Shown: piece by piece, positions 51,201-64,000 of the stretch
Layout of the letters: each line of letters opens with the position of its first letter
Numbering within the stretch: the stretch's first letter is position 1
Origin: Saccostrea cucullata
Lineage: Eukaryota
DNA: 64,000 nt
Direction of reading: 5' to 3'
NCBI RefSeq assembly: GCF_032062105.1
Contig: NW_026924391.1
Location: forward strand, 62,001 to 126,000
Position numbers and translations under genes: made by a program
Notes under the pieces: model-generated
Told to the model about the DNA's origin: nothing
Databases searched by the model: none
The model's input: the letters and a program-made list of their open reading frames with translations, nothing else

Positions 51201-54200
51201 ACTCAGAATTATGACCCCTTAGCTTGGAATAAAAGATGCAGTATGATCTTTAATTGGTTCCTGGAAAAAAAAAATGAGTATATTGATTCAGCACCAACAT
51301 GATTCAGGAAAAACAATGAGACATGCTATCTCTACATACAATTTTTGATAGCCATTCCATTAATTTAAGACAGGCTTACTCACTGATTATTTTAGCTTTT
51401 GTAAATAGGTTTGGTATCTCTTGTATACCAGATAATGATTGCCAGGAGAATAGCTGATTAAGATGTCTGTTGATAAGCAGAGAAGGTCTATTATTGACAA
51501 TGTTTTTGTCTGGTAGAAGATCGGCCCATATATACTGTACTACGTACTCTGTTAAGTATGCCATTTTGTCCCCTCCTTTGACGTGCCACACTTCTGGTTT
51601 TATTTAATTTTTTAGGCCTTTGGTGCAGGGTATTCGGGGTTCCTTTGGTCTCTGGAAAAATGTTCTCTTTTATATAGTGATAAAAATATTGAATTAGATT
51701 GACTAGAAGTTCAAATTATGAATGCAAAAAATCATACATGCATTTCACTATCTGCACTCATAGCCTGTACCTTTAAAATGTCAGGGCTGCACTCCAAAAC
51801 TTTGTACTTGATTACTTTAAATTAATATGTTATTGAACAAAACATTGCCATATTTATTTAAAAGGCTCCAGGGTTTTCGATTGTCTATAATTGGGGTTGT
51901 TCAAGGTCCCCATTGGCAATTCAAAAAAGGTACCTTTTTTTCCCAAATGGTACTGAGTGAATGTGTAAATTTTTCCAGTAGTCATTTTTTTCCCCAAAAT
52001 TGAAGAAAATGCAGTTTGATATATGAAAAGTTAAAATTGATAACTAAACTTGCTATTCATATTCTTAAATTTAGTTGAAAAACCCAGCTATATCATGATT
52101 TTAAAGTATGATGGTTATCCTTAAATTTCCTGATATGTTGCTATTTGTTCATTATATAGTCTTCATGTTTCTGGCTCTATTGCCATAAAGTGGCAAGCCT
52201 GGAAAGCATTCAGCATGCAGTTGTGTTTAAGCCCTTTGACCCTAACTAGCTGAGCAATGGGTACGTTTTAAGTGAAAACTTGAAGCAGTTGAAAAGAAAG
52301 AAAAAGAAATTGATTAAAATCTATATACCCCATTGAAATCCTACACCTTGGTAATGCTATACAGGTTTTCATTGTGTGTGATCATGCCAGTTTTTATTCT
52401 GCATAATTGTTCTTTTTATTATTTATCTAAAACTGTTCATATTGCATGTTGGTCTTGCAGAAACACTGCATTCGATTTTCTTTTATGCTGTAATATGTCG
52501 TCATAAGTTACGGTTTGGTGTACCCGAGTTTACATATGCTCCAGACCTGACAATAATTGTAGTGATTTATCATGAAGGCCCTTCAAAAAAAGAACCCAGC
52601 CAGGTACAATGTAAAGAAATGAACTGTTAAAACCTTTAAACTTCTTCATTGGAGATGTTTATGTTAACAACAAAGAAATGAGCTGGTACAATACCTTGTG
52701 TTGAAAGAGCCGCAAAACCAGAACAGGGGGAGAGAAAAAAATAAGGTGTAAAAGGGTGGCTTGCTGTGCTAGACAACTGCTTCTTAAGCATCAACAGGCA
52801 CTCAGATCTATTTCTCTGAGCCCTGAGTTTGAGGCCAATTAAACCACACAGACTAGTTACAGGATACTTTTTTAAGTTTTCCAGATGTTCTCCGTTTTTA
52901 ATATTTGAGAGAGCATCTCATCTTTTTGAAGGCAGATTTTCTGACCAAGTTTAAGTGGGTCATGATTTTTGTAAGCGAGAGATCTTTCCCTTGATTTAAG
53001 TTTTTATCTATCTTCATTTAAAAAAGCTTATGAGTCACATTAAGAGATTTCATTCTAGTAGGAGATGAAGATTATCTGATGGTTTCGGCTTCCTTTAATT
53101 GATATGCAAGAAGTTTTGTTAGTTGAATTCTGCTTTTGATGTCCAAAGACTAATGGGACATGCAGGAGGTCAAGCGAGCTAATAGGCTGTCTTAAGATGG
53201 TTTATCTTTTGCTAAGTGATTATGGGAAAACAGCAATTATCTAATTGTTTTTCCGCATAGGTACATGTGCTTGAAGTGCACTCTGAAATACATCTGGATA
53301 ACAACTTTTTTCCTCAACTTGGGAGGATAAAATTAAGTTTTCAATTCTTTTCATGCATTTTGTAAAAGAATAATTTTTATACAAAAGTAGAAATCTCATT
53401 GCTTGTAAATAAATTGTTTGTGATTATTATGAGGTATGATTTATCAAGATAAAGTTGACATTGTTTGTTCAACTCCTTTTTGAAAGATGTATAATAATTA
53501 CTATAAATACAAAATATATTAAAAATGAAATTTGGGTCCATTTAGAGCTTTTTTGAAAGGTTAATTGTTTACATTTAAGATGCCAAAGACTTCTTATAGA
53601 GAAAAATTAGCATTGACTCTGGCTTACTTCACCTATAGCTATTAATGTTCTATAGTGTGTCTGAATCATCCAAAATCAACCAAAGGAAAAAAAAAGAACA
53701 CACTATGACAAACATTAACTGATTCATGATTTCTTTCTCCCACTTAAACTTGTTTTTTATCTGTTAAAAAACAACAAATTTTCGCCTCAAACACAAACAG
53801 GATAAATTTCAGACACACAAAAAAACAAAGAAACATGATGTTTCTACACACAAAAGACGTGACTCGACACACACAAATCACTAAATCTGTAACCCAGTGT
53901 TGATTTTGTCTTTCAGATCAGCTCAATGTACAGCTATTTAAGGTGGATGTTAAGGATGTCCATAAACGACAGCCCAAGACGAACTTTAATCTGGAGGGGT
54001 TTTTTGGTGTGGAGACAGGGTTCAGCTACGACAAGGAGACCAATGTCTTAGCCATCATCTGTCAGAAACAAATCACACTCTTCTCTTTTGAAAACAGGGA
54101 TAATCTGATACAGTTCGAGATCAAGATCAGAAGAAGTCTTGGGGAAGGTATCAAAAGTTTTAAATTTCTATTATCCATTATCTAAAATAAAACTCATTTA

Positions 54201-57200
54201 AAAAAAATTGATTTGAAAGTAAATTTATCTTTTAAATTTAAAACCTCGTGTTATTTGTGTCTTAGCATCTTTGCTGAATTTAACAGTTTAAAATTTTTTT
54301 TATTAATAAGATTGAAAGTTTTGTTCATATTTGCAAAGAGCAGTATCATAAAATAAAGGATGTCAAGTGTTTCTAAAGATGTCTTTTGTGGTTCTTAGAA
54401 ATATTACTCACAGGAAACACAACAGAAAGTGACAGATTAACTGTTCACACAATAGCAAGTGACCTTGTGATGGTGTAGCCTCTGTACTTTTCTTTAAGTG
54501 CAGAGTCACTCGGGGAGAAATCTTAAAAGCAAATAGAATTGGAGATTCATTCACAAAAATAACAGGATGTTTCTTATGTGAAAGATTAGAAATGGCATAT
54601 AGGGTCTGTTTATATCAAATAAATTAAGTGTTTTTCCTTCTTTAAAAGTATGACATATCGTTAGACTCAAAAAGTGCACAGCTAAATTTGTTTTATGAAT
54701 TGAAAAACATCCTCGATTACGTTATTGAATAAAAAGTGCAGTCAATCTATTGGTCGTAACATGCCATATAAAATCTAGTGCACTGAGGTTGCACATCGTC
54801 AGTTCTATGTAGAAAAAGCTGAGACTGCATGTCTGTAATAATTTATGAGTCAAGGTATCAAGGCAAGTTTTTATATAAATTTTATGTAGGGAAGCTCTCT
54901 TTGAAAGTTTTTTACATGTATGATTAAGACTTCTCTTTCAACATTCAATATTATACCCTGTATAAACATTCTTTTGTTTCATCATTGTAAATCATTTGGG
55001 AGAAATTTTTTATTTTTCATTGCTTGAGGGATGGAAATTTCATCATATTCTGCTTTGATTTTGCAGAGGACCAATTCAAGGTACAAGTTACTAATGTCCC
55101 TAACAACAGTAAGCTCCCTTTGGATGATCTCCGAATGCACATTCATGGCCAGAAGTTCTGCTTGACAAACGGAATCCCTCCAAAAGTCCTGGCTGCCTGG
55201 CAGATCTCCGATTTAAGACGATTTGGGGTCGTGGATAAAAAGTTCATCTTCGAAGGAGGATCTAACTGTGGAAAAGGTTGGAGAAAAAGATTTGTATTTC
55301 TTTAAACATGTAGATAAGTACGTAATTTCTATGTGCTTGTGCCAGATACATGGGTTAGTAGTGGTATTTTTTGATTGATTTACACTTCTTGAGTTGACAT
55401 ATTAACTTTACTGATGCATTTTATGGCCTCAGATTTAAACTTTTGAAGGTTCTTTTCTTGTATATTTTTCAACATGATTTTTTTCAGAGATAAAAATTGT
55501 ATTTTTTAAAATTTATTAATAATTTGTTACAGGGGGAGGAGTTCATGCAATCTCCTCAGAACAGGCTGAACTGATTAATGAAATTGTCAGCTTAGCGAGC
55601 CTGGGAAAGACTGCAAGCTGTAGGAAATTCATTATAAGAAGTACGTGTTTATATTTGATGCCTTTCTAATTTTTGATGAAAAATACATTTTTATAAAAAT
55701 ATTTATATTGTGGGCATAATCTGAAAGATGTTTTTATAATGCTGGTGTTTTCTGTAAGATTTCACAGATTTTACTTCAAGTTGAAAATTTTATTTTTATT
55801 GAACTGTTGAAAAAAAGTGTTCAGTTACATAACTTAAAATTGCCAATGCCATACTTGAGGGACTAGTACAAATCAAAGAAAATAACATATTAAAGAAAAA
55901 GAGGTTTTTTTTTCTATAAATGAATGCACATAATAATTAAGATCAATCTTATTTTTCCCTCTGTAGGATCTCAACTGTATGACTACCATTTGGATCCAGT
56001 CAGCAGTTCTTTTAATGATAATAGCCAGTTCAGGGACTTTCAGAGCTGGACAACTGCTGGGGAACAATTGTACCTGGAAGATAAGAGGTCCAAGCGCCAC
56101 TCTCTTAGTTTTACTGATTTCTCTCATGCATCTGCTTACAACGAAAAGCTCCTGAAATACAAAACTGAACTAGAGTTGGAGAAAAGGAAATACCTCAAAT
56201 ACTTCCTGTACGATGTACCTCCTAGCCGTGTAAGGAAAGTGGACAATTGTAGTCTTTATCTCAATACCAAACATTTTCAACAGCCCGACCATTTCTCATC
56301 TCAAAACTCTCAGGAAGTTAAAAATGTCTCAAATATCTTGTCTCATAAACTCAGCAAAGAATGTGTAGACAACAGAATTGAACAGTGGATCGAGGCCGAG
56401 GCCTGTATGAGCTCTGCTAGTGGACCGAGTTCTGAATCTCAGATGAGTATATCCTCGGGAGACAATTCGGTGTCCACTCTGGGACAGATGGTGAAAGTGT
56501 CGGCCAGTGCCCCCTCCCTCTGTGGCTATGGTGTTTATAGCTGTAATGGCGAGAACAGTAAGTCATTGTCTGTCACCTCAGTGCCATCTAGAATTGAGGA
56601 GGAGTCAGAGAGTTGTAGGCGGCTAGAGCTGGAAAATCTACAGAAATCTGAGCAAGAGCTGCAAAGGGAGATAAGCCTTCTAGAGGAAATCATGAAGGTA
56701 CATGTATTAAGGGCTATTCCAGAAAAAAATGTATGGGAGGGTTGGAAGGCACTTCATGTATTTTTGTATGGGTAATGGGGACTGGAGCAATTAAACTTGC
56801 ATGGGTGGTTGTCCTCATCCATTATATTTTTAGATGGGTGGTTGCACTTTTTTTATTTAAAAAAAAAACTCTCGTCCTAAAAATGTGTTTAACATTTGAC
56901 CCATTATTACAATTAATTCATTTAAAATGAATTAAAAATTATATATTTCAGAAACGATAACCTGTAGTTGTTAGGTGGGATTTAGACTTGGTATTTTTCA
57001 CATTTCCACTAAATAGATAATGCCCTACATAACTTAAATGTGCCCCCTCCCCAACCCCTCCAAAAAAAAAGAAAAGAAAAAAAACCCAGAATTTTTTGTT
57101 GTGAAGAAGGTATAAACAGGGACCTATATACAAAGTATACTTAGAATATACATGATATAGGTCCCTGGTATAAACAACATAAGGATAGGCTATAATTCAC

Positions 57201-60200
57201 AATATATATTTTAATTATCATAGGAATATTATTTCTACTAGTAAATGTTAACATGTATTAGTTTTACTCAAACTTTACAGATTACAAAGTCAAGCATCAG
57301 AACAGATAAATACAAATCATTATTTATAGGGCTTTCAGTGGTATGTATGACAGACCTGAAGGGGTACATTTTTTAACCTATAGGCTATAGCAGCAACCCT
57401 GTGATCTGTTTAAAAAAAGAACTTTGGACTTGAACTAAAAAATTTTAGTTGATTGTATAGTCTTAAAAAGCTTTTGCTTCTGTTAAAATTTATTTGCATA
57501 AAAATATCTTTCTAAATTCTTTTCAAAAAGATTAAATCATTTTCAAAGTAATGAAAAAAAGAATTTTTTGTGCATATTTAGATTTTCATCATATTTATTA
57601 AGTTTTCTCTTTTTTAACAAGGCTCTGGTTTGGATAGATCCCAAAAGCTAACACTCAATTCAAATCGTGTGAAGTGCAAATGCTAGAAAAAAGTACTGGT
57701 ACATAAAATTTTATTTTTATATATAGATAACTTGAACACAACTCTTAAAAAAATATTTTAAATTTAGATGAGTGGTTGTATTAAAATCATTTTTATTTTG
57801 ATGGGCAGTGGGGGAGAAAGCAATTAAAAATGTATTGGTGGGGTAGAAATAAAATTGCCTTCCAAACCCCCCCCCTACATTTTTTTTCTGGAATAGCCCT
57901 AAGCTTATTAAAAGAAATTGCATGTTGTAGAAGCAAGTAATGTGTTTGATTTCAAATGTAACCTCAATTGTATAAAGCATTTTCACTGTATGCTTAAAAT
58001 ATTAATTGTATATATTCTTTATACTATATTTGCAATTTTAAAATGCAAGTACAAATCATATTTAAACCTGAAATTACAAACTTAGAACTATTAATTTTCT
58101 GCATAATATGCATTTTGAATTAATTATTTGGACTTTCATCATTGATGTCAATCTATACATTTCTTTCATTTAAGAGAAATAATGCAAGTTGTTGAAACAT
58201 CAGTTGAAAAATTCAATAATATTATGCATTATCACAGCATTTTAAATTTAATTTGACAATAATTTTAACAATATTTCATTCCAGGGTGTAAAAGAAAAGC
58301 CTACAGAGAAAAAACAGGAATCCCTGAAAGAAAAACCACCACCTTTACCCAGGAAAAAATCTAAAAATAACCGCCGTGCCACCCTTAGTCCCCGACATGA
58401 TCGCTACTCCACAATAAGTTCTCAGGGTAGCATTTCTGGTTATTCAGACAGTGTTTTGTTGAGTCCCAATCTGGTGTCAAGGTTACGCAAAATACCCTCT
58501 CATTCCAAAATGTCTGCTCCGCTTCCTTACGTCAATTTGGACAAGTATGATGGTGGTGTACAGGTGGATAAATGTCATGTGTATGTTAGGAATCAGTCAG
58601 ATGATGACACCTGCAGTATCATCTCTCAGAGAAGTTACGAAAGTGAATCAAAATCTCCAAAAGATCGAATGAGTGCAAAAGCTAAGATGGGTTATGGGAA
58701 AAGGACTGATAGAGAATCTCAGAAACTTCCTATTGATCTCCCTGAATCAAACTATGCAAACACAGAATGCATTTACGCAAATGATTATGCTGCCATAGAA
58801 GCCTCTCGACAACCGCCAGCACTGCCTCCAAAAGGACCAGCTCTTCTGAGTAAGAGTAGACCCCTTTGTCCACCTCCTGTCCCTCCAGGCAGACACAGAG
58901 CTCATTTGAATAAAAGAAATAAGTATTCCTCACAATATTCAAGTCCACGACAAGGTATCAACCCAGTGATGAATCCAAAAAGAGAGCAAAATTATTTCTT
59001 GATGGCTGGAGTTGATTCATCACCTAGCAGCAGAAGACGATCTGAAATTGGGCTCCATACACCAAGAGGAAGTTCATCAGAGCTGTCCGATTATAAGGAT
59101 GGGCCACTGAAAGTGAGGCTTCCTAAACGTTCTCCTTCTGCAGCTGGGAAGGAAAATCTAAACCCTGATGATACTTGTGGTTACATGGATATGAGCGGAA
59201 TGTTCGAAGATGAAAGGGTGACAATGAAATCCAAAGATGAGGTCGAATCTTCTACATCCTCTCCTCAGAAAGTGTACACAAGATCCAGTAGTGCTTCCTC
59301 TATCTCTGAAAATATCTTCTTCAGACCAGTGTTTCAGCATTCACTCAGTTTAACTGACACTCCAAACACACCAGTCAGAGAAGAAAACTATTTACTTATG
59401 CATCATCTCACTAGTCCAAAGAAATCTGTGCTCGAAAACCTACAGTCCCTGCAAAGTTATGTTAGCAATACCAAGGCAGTAAGAGACTCTGTTATTGAGG
59501 GTGATGACCCATCAGCTTCACCAAAAATCTCCAGACGCAATTCTGAAGAAGAAGCATCAAAACAAAATACATCTTCTGAAAATGCCAAAGAAATCTTGAA
59601 GGGGAAGTCTTCTTTGCCTTTCCCAAACTTGATCAACTTCCAGAAACACAATATTCTAACAAGTTCTGAGGATGTTCATAAAAGTGCCAGTGCAACATCA
59701 GTGCAATCTGTTAATAGTGACAAAAGTACTGAAAATTCAGGAAAAAGTCCTGGATTTCTGACAAGATTGATCAGAAGAAATTCAGGGAACAGGAAAAGTA
59801 TGTCTCAGAGTCAAGAAAATCTTTTGAACTCAAGTTCAAGTGAAAGTTGCCTAGACAAAACTCTAAGCAACATTTATGGAAGCAGAGACAATGCAAATGG
59901 GAAGGACATTTCAACATCAAGTGTAGCTTCAACAAACAGTAGCAGTGGTGGCCAAAGTCAGTCTGAAATGCTGGAAAGAAGACGTTCCTCCAGCTTTCCA
60001 AACAGATCTAGTTTTATGGAGATGAATGCTTCCAAAGACAATTTTCATCAAACCTCACAAGATTCATTTAACTCTAATGGGACCACTGATGAACACAGTC
60101 AATTGATTGGACCACAGCAATCAGAACAGACAAAGGACACAGACAGTTGTGAATCCAGTTCCACCAATAGAACTGGGTACACAGGGCCTTGTGATGGACA

Positions 60201-63191
60201 GACAGATTCAGAGGATTCAGCATCAAAAAGTAAATCAGAAGGAAAATGTCTGTCTCCAAAATCTTTTCAAAAGTTTCGCAAAACACAGGAGATGGGAATT
60301 TTCACAGTGTTAAGAGTGGATGAACCTTCATATAAAATGCCACTTTGTCAGACTTCTAGCAAAACAGATGATGAAAAACTTATTGACCTCATGAAATATT
60401 CGAAGGTGAAGGACTACTATGGAGACACAGATTCTGAAAAAACTAATTCATTGAAATCTGATGACTTTAAGCTGAATATGTGTCCCAAAAAAGCTTTTTC
60501 ACCATACGAAGAAGCAGCAGCCATTGCAAAGTATGTAGCTTCATTACCACCATTTATACCTCCGAAGCAAAAGAGCTACCCTTGTTCTGCATTGTCTCCT
60601 GTTTTGGAAAGTGCACCTTCTCTTGGGAAAGAGGAAGTCTTGAAAGAAGATAATACTTTAGACAATAAGAGTATTTCCTCATTCAGATCTGAGCACAGCT
60701 ATGCTATGATTGCTCCCAGTGACCAAGATGATGCTAAACCTGGTGAAAAAGTAGAAGAATCAATATGGGTGCCAAGACAAGGTATTTCAATTTTATCTAT
60801 AACTCGTAACTTTTTATAATTTTATTCTGGTATTATTAGGGCCCCGCAAGGATTTGCGGGTGCCCTATAGTAATCACTCTGTCCGTCCGTCTGTCTGTCT
60901 AGCTGTCTGTCTGTCCGTCTGTCACTCTTCCGTCCACAAATTTTCTGTTTTTTTCTAATAACTTTTTTTATGGTTGCCCAATCAAGTTCAAATTTGGTAT
61001 GGTAGTTCAGTAGGCAGAAATACATATTTTGATGCTAAGTTTGGTTCTCTATGTCTTCTGGTTTGGAGCTGGGGTGGTTGGGTAGATTCCTTAACTATGC
61101 ATAAGAATGAATGGGCAACTTTTTTTATGGCTGCCCTATCAAGTACAAATTTGGTATGATAGTTCAGTAGGCAGAAATACATATTTTGATGCTCTATGTC
61201 CCCTGGTTTGGAGCTGGGGTGGTGGGGTAGATTCCTTAACTTTATATACAAAAGCATTGGCAAAGAGAGATAACTGCTGAAGATGTTCCTATTGTAAAAC
61301 TGAATGCTGCTATTGGGATTAATTAGCTTTCCTCCTGAAGAAAATCCAGAGCATTATCTTTATCTGTCAAATAGAGATGAATTACCACCTCTGTCTGCAA
61401 ATGAAGTTTGTTTTTAAGTTAAGTCAATTTGGAATGCTATGAACACTCTGAAATGTGGATTTAAATATTATAATTTTTTATAATTTATATTTGTTAAATA
61501 GTTATGATTTCATTGAATTCTAATAACAAGAAATAGATTAAAGAAGATTTTTTTAACCATCTTTTGATTTACTTTTTTCACTTTATGTTAATTCAAGCAT
61601 ATTATTAATTTTTAGAATAGTTGTATAAAAACCCCATTCTATCATTAATACTGAAAAAGTTCTTATTGTACTTTAGAAGAAAATGAGGAGAGAGGTACAA
61701 TTAATCCCTTGGGATAGCCAGCTGCAGAAAATTTAGTAGGCTTTTCTTTATTCTGTCACTTTAAGATTAATGAAAACCTTTGTCTGCAACTGCTGTTTGT
61801 TTGAAGTTAAGGTCAAGCCTTCATGTTATTTGCATTCATTCAAGGCTGGTATTTTATATAACACAAATTCTTCATAATAATTTACTGCCTAATGTAAGTA
61901 CAAGGATATTATTTTCAGGTTTTTGAATATTCAGGAATTATCTTGAAATTTTAAGAATACAGTTGCTGTTGCTGTTGCTTATTCTTCGTACATTTTTTAA
62001 TCATTCCGTAAGCTGCACCCTATTAATTCTACCCCATGGCGGGGCCCTTGCTGACTGGTCAGTTTTCTAGTTTATGTTCTGTTATTTGTTTCATTCAACG
62101 TATCTGAAAGTTTTGGGATCCATTGGATGTTGATGAATAGCTATTTACATTTATGTTGGTAAATTCGAATTGTAGCAGTGAAGGAAAGATCACCTGCATC
62201 TGTAAGCAGCACTGTGGAGGACCAGGAATCTAAGTCAACAGCAGTAGTTGTAGAGTTGGACCATGACAGCCCCTCTGATGATGAAATTTCTCTGTCTTCT
62301 TCCTACTCGGACAGTGTTAGCAGTGAAAGTGCATTACGGAACAGTGCAGCCTACACTTACATGAGACCAAGAGCAGGCAATTGCTACGTAGTTCTGGAGA
62401 GGAAGCGGCCACTAAATGAAAGTCTCAGTTCTAGTCCCTCACAAACTCCCAATTCTCCCTCTGTGAATTCCAGCGTGTTTACTTTTGATCAAGTGTCCCA
62501 GTTCAGCTCTTTCAGCAGGGAAAGAGATTCTCCCAATTTACCAAAGTTTTCTCGTTCAGAGAGTATGCACTCAAAATTTTCAGAAAGAACTAGTTCTCAC
62601 AAAATGTCCTACATGAACATTGACCTGACACCACCTTCATCGCCTCCATTTTCCCAGTCACTTTCTCTTCCAGCAGAGCAACTGGAACGTCAGTTAAATT
62701 ATGCCGAGATTGACCTCCGAGAGAAGCCCACACGTAAAAGCAGAAAGTCTTCCCAAAAGTCCCTCAAAATGCAGAAGTCTACTTCCATTGAATATGCCAT
62801 GATTGACATGCAAGCCACCATTGCCATTCAAAGAGCTGGTCAAGAGCACAAGATGTCCCGTGTGGACAGCTTGAAAAGATGTGACCAGAAACTGTCTTTG
62901 TCCATCCCAGAACAGGGGACAGACACCGAAGATGTTCCAGAACCATCCCCCTCCAGCACCAAAGATGAAACAGTCTCAAAGGAAGAGAGTACCTTCCTTA
63001 CAACACACAAATACGTCAATGTTCCACCGCCAAAGGAAGAGAAAGTTGAAGAGGAGGAAAAGGATGAACATGATGATCTTCCAGAGAAAATTCTGCTGCC
63101 AATCAGAGAGAACCAGGACACGTCTAGTAGTGAGAGTGAGGCTGAGGAAGACTCAGATTCCTCCGATGGTGAAGTCATCATCTATGAGTAG
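45217..63191 (+). CDS. DOK7: Docking protein 7-like PH-PTB adaptor, ~1632 aa, with a very long Tyr-motif-rich tail
   Basis: Exons 45217-45276, 45353-45398, 53917-54147, 55067-55276, 55533-55640, 55967-56697, 58285-60781 and 62176-63191 total 4899 nt in an open frame. The N-terminus EGRVKYREGKKWKRRWCILRKPSPVAD...LAIIC...IRRSLGE...IPPKVLAAWQISDLRRFGVVDKKFIFEGGSNCG closely follows the vertebrate DOK7 PH and PTB domains as I recall them (EGQVKLRDGKKWKSRWLVLRKPSPVAD...SDLRRYG...FIFEGGTRCG). Confidence 0.9.
47688..48455. mobile_element. Foldback element with ~220-bp degenerate arms in DOK7 intron 2
   Basis: cctactataaaaatacac...aatcaacgcgtacc.ttagtcatataac versus gttatatgactaaggatacgcgttgatt...gtgtatttttatagtagg. 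Confidence 0.7.
56711..57899. mobile_element. TTAA-type TIR element in a DOK7 intron
   Basis: ttaa-gggctattccagaaaaaaatgta...ggttggaaggca versus tgccttccaaacc...tacattttttttctggaatagccc-taa. Confidence 0.7.
60836..62070 (-). mobile_element. HINE-like element in the last DOK7 intron
   Basis: Hairpin agggccccgcaaggatttgcgggtgccct, GTCC/GTCT microsatellite, ~160-bp internal duplication (60960-61240), and subterminal IR gcggggccct at ~62039. Confidence 0.7.
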
Positions 63192-64000
63192 AAGATGATG
63201 GAATGATAAGAATTATTTATTCTTTATATTTTTTACCAGATGCAAGTAGGCTGTGCCAAAAAATTTTGTCATAAAAGAGATATGCACCAATATGTTGGAC
63301 ATGAAAGAAAGTGTCCTATTGATTTGTTGATCATGATTATTCTGATTAATGGATTTTCATAATGTATATTTTTTGTTTTGAAAATAAGGATATTTTCAAT
63401 TGAATAAAATACAGATTTTTTTCAATATTTTTGAAGCTTTTCAGAAGTCTTCCAAATGATTTCTTTGTATATTGAGTAATATAAAGATTCAGAGTTTAGA
63501 CCAGCGAAAGCATGTTACTTAAGTTATTTGTAGACCAAAACCATTGATAGAAGAGCTGCTGTTCTTTGAATAACCATTTATGCAAACAAACCACAATCTG
63601 AACAAATGACATGACCACTGGGCTGGTATTTTATACATACTTTGAATATTTTTCCTAGTGCTTTAACTGTAGGAACATGATGAAAAAAATATCTTTTTAA
63701 TTTACAATGACAAATTGATTTTGTAGTTTTGTTTTTCATGTATATTTTTTAGAAGAACATTATAACATCATCAAAAATGTTGAGGTTGAAGTATTTTTAA
63801 GGTTGTATTTCCTTATATTTCTAAGGGACTAGATTGCCAAATAGATTATACACAGCTGCCAAAATATTTTCCTTACTTTGTGTGTGATTGTTGTTTAGTA
63901 TTTTGTTATTGTTGTGGACCATAGAAAAAGGACTTCATTTAATATTTAATGGTTGTATTAAAAGAGGCATAATGTGTGGAACATTTTTTTTCAAGGTGCT

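Noticed and set aside
45399-53916. Searched the 8.5-kb DOK7 intron for a nested gene
   Set aside because: Only short ORFs with AT-biased composition and TE remnants were seen; no phase-consistent exon chain was found by eye.
58730-63198. Several overlapping short ORFs on both strands within the large DOK7 exons
   Set aside because: Alternative-frame or antisense by-products of long coding exons.

Overview
AT-rich, intron-rich animal genomic DNA, most likely an oyster (Ostreidae, Crassostrea/Magallana-like), judged from CvA/Pearl-type Helentron-associated elements carrying 166-bp satellite units. Splicing by hand (GT-AG sites, phase-consistent exons) gives eight genes that the ORF track mostly misses. 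(1) A 129-aa protein with two AKAP-like amphipathic helices and a Cys-rich C-terminus (970-6972, -). (2-6) A ~25-kb island of secreted, convertase-processed precursor genes from two families. Family 1 has three paralogues (17919-19969 -, 22067-24535 +, 27290-29145 -) built as signal peptide / hypervariable linear peptide / basic cleavage site / conserved acidic two-EF-hand pro-domain. Their cargo peptides are about +12, +7 and -6 (the last amidated). Family 2 has two paralogues flanking them (11865-15144 +, 32632-36486 -) with conserved Cys-bearing N- and C-terminal domains around unrelated central cargo; one cargo is a Pro/Ile/Lys pentapeptide array, and that copy has a +1 frameshift. (7) An intronless acidic 171-aa ORF (39526-40041, -). 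(8) A DOK7-family PH-PTB adaptor with a greatly extended Tyr-motif tail (45217-63191, +, ~1632 aa). The remainder is rich in MITEs, HINEs and SINEs, some nested. The best candidate for an undescribed system is the EF-hand-chaperoned hypervariable peptide cluster, which may encode host-defence peptides. All functional assignments are inferences; no database searches were run.
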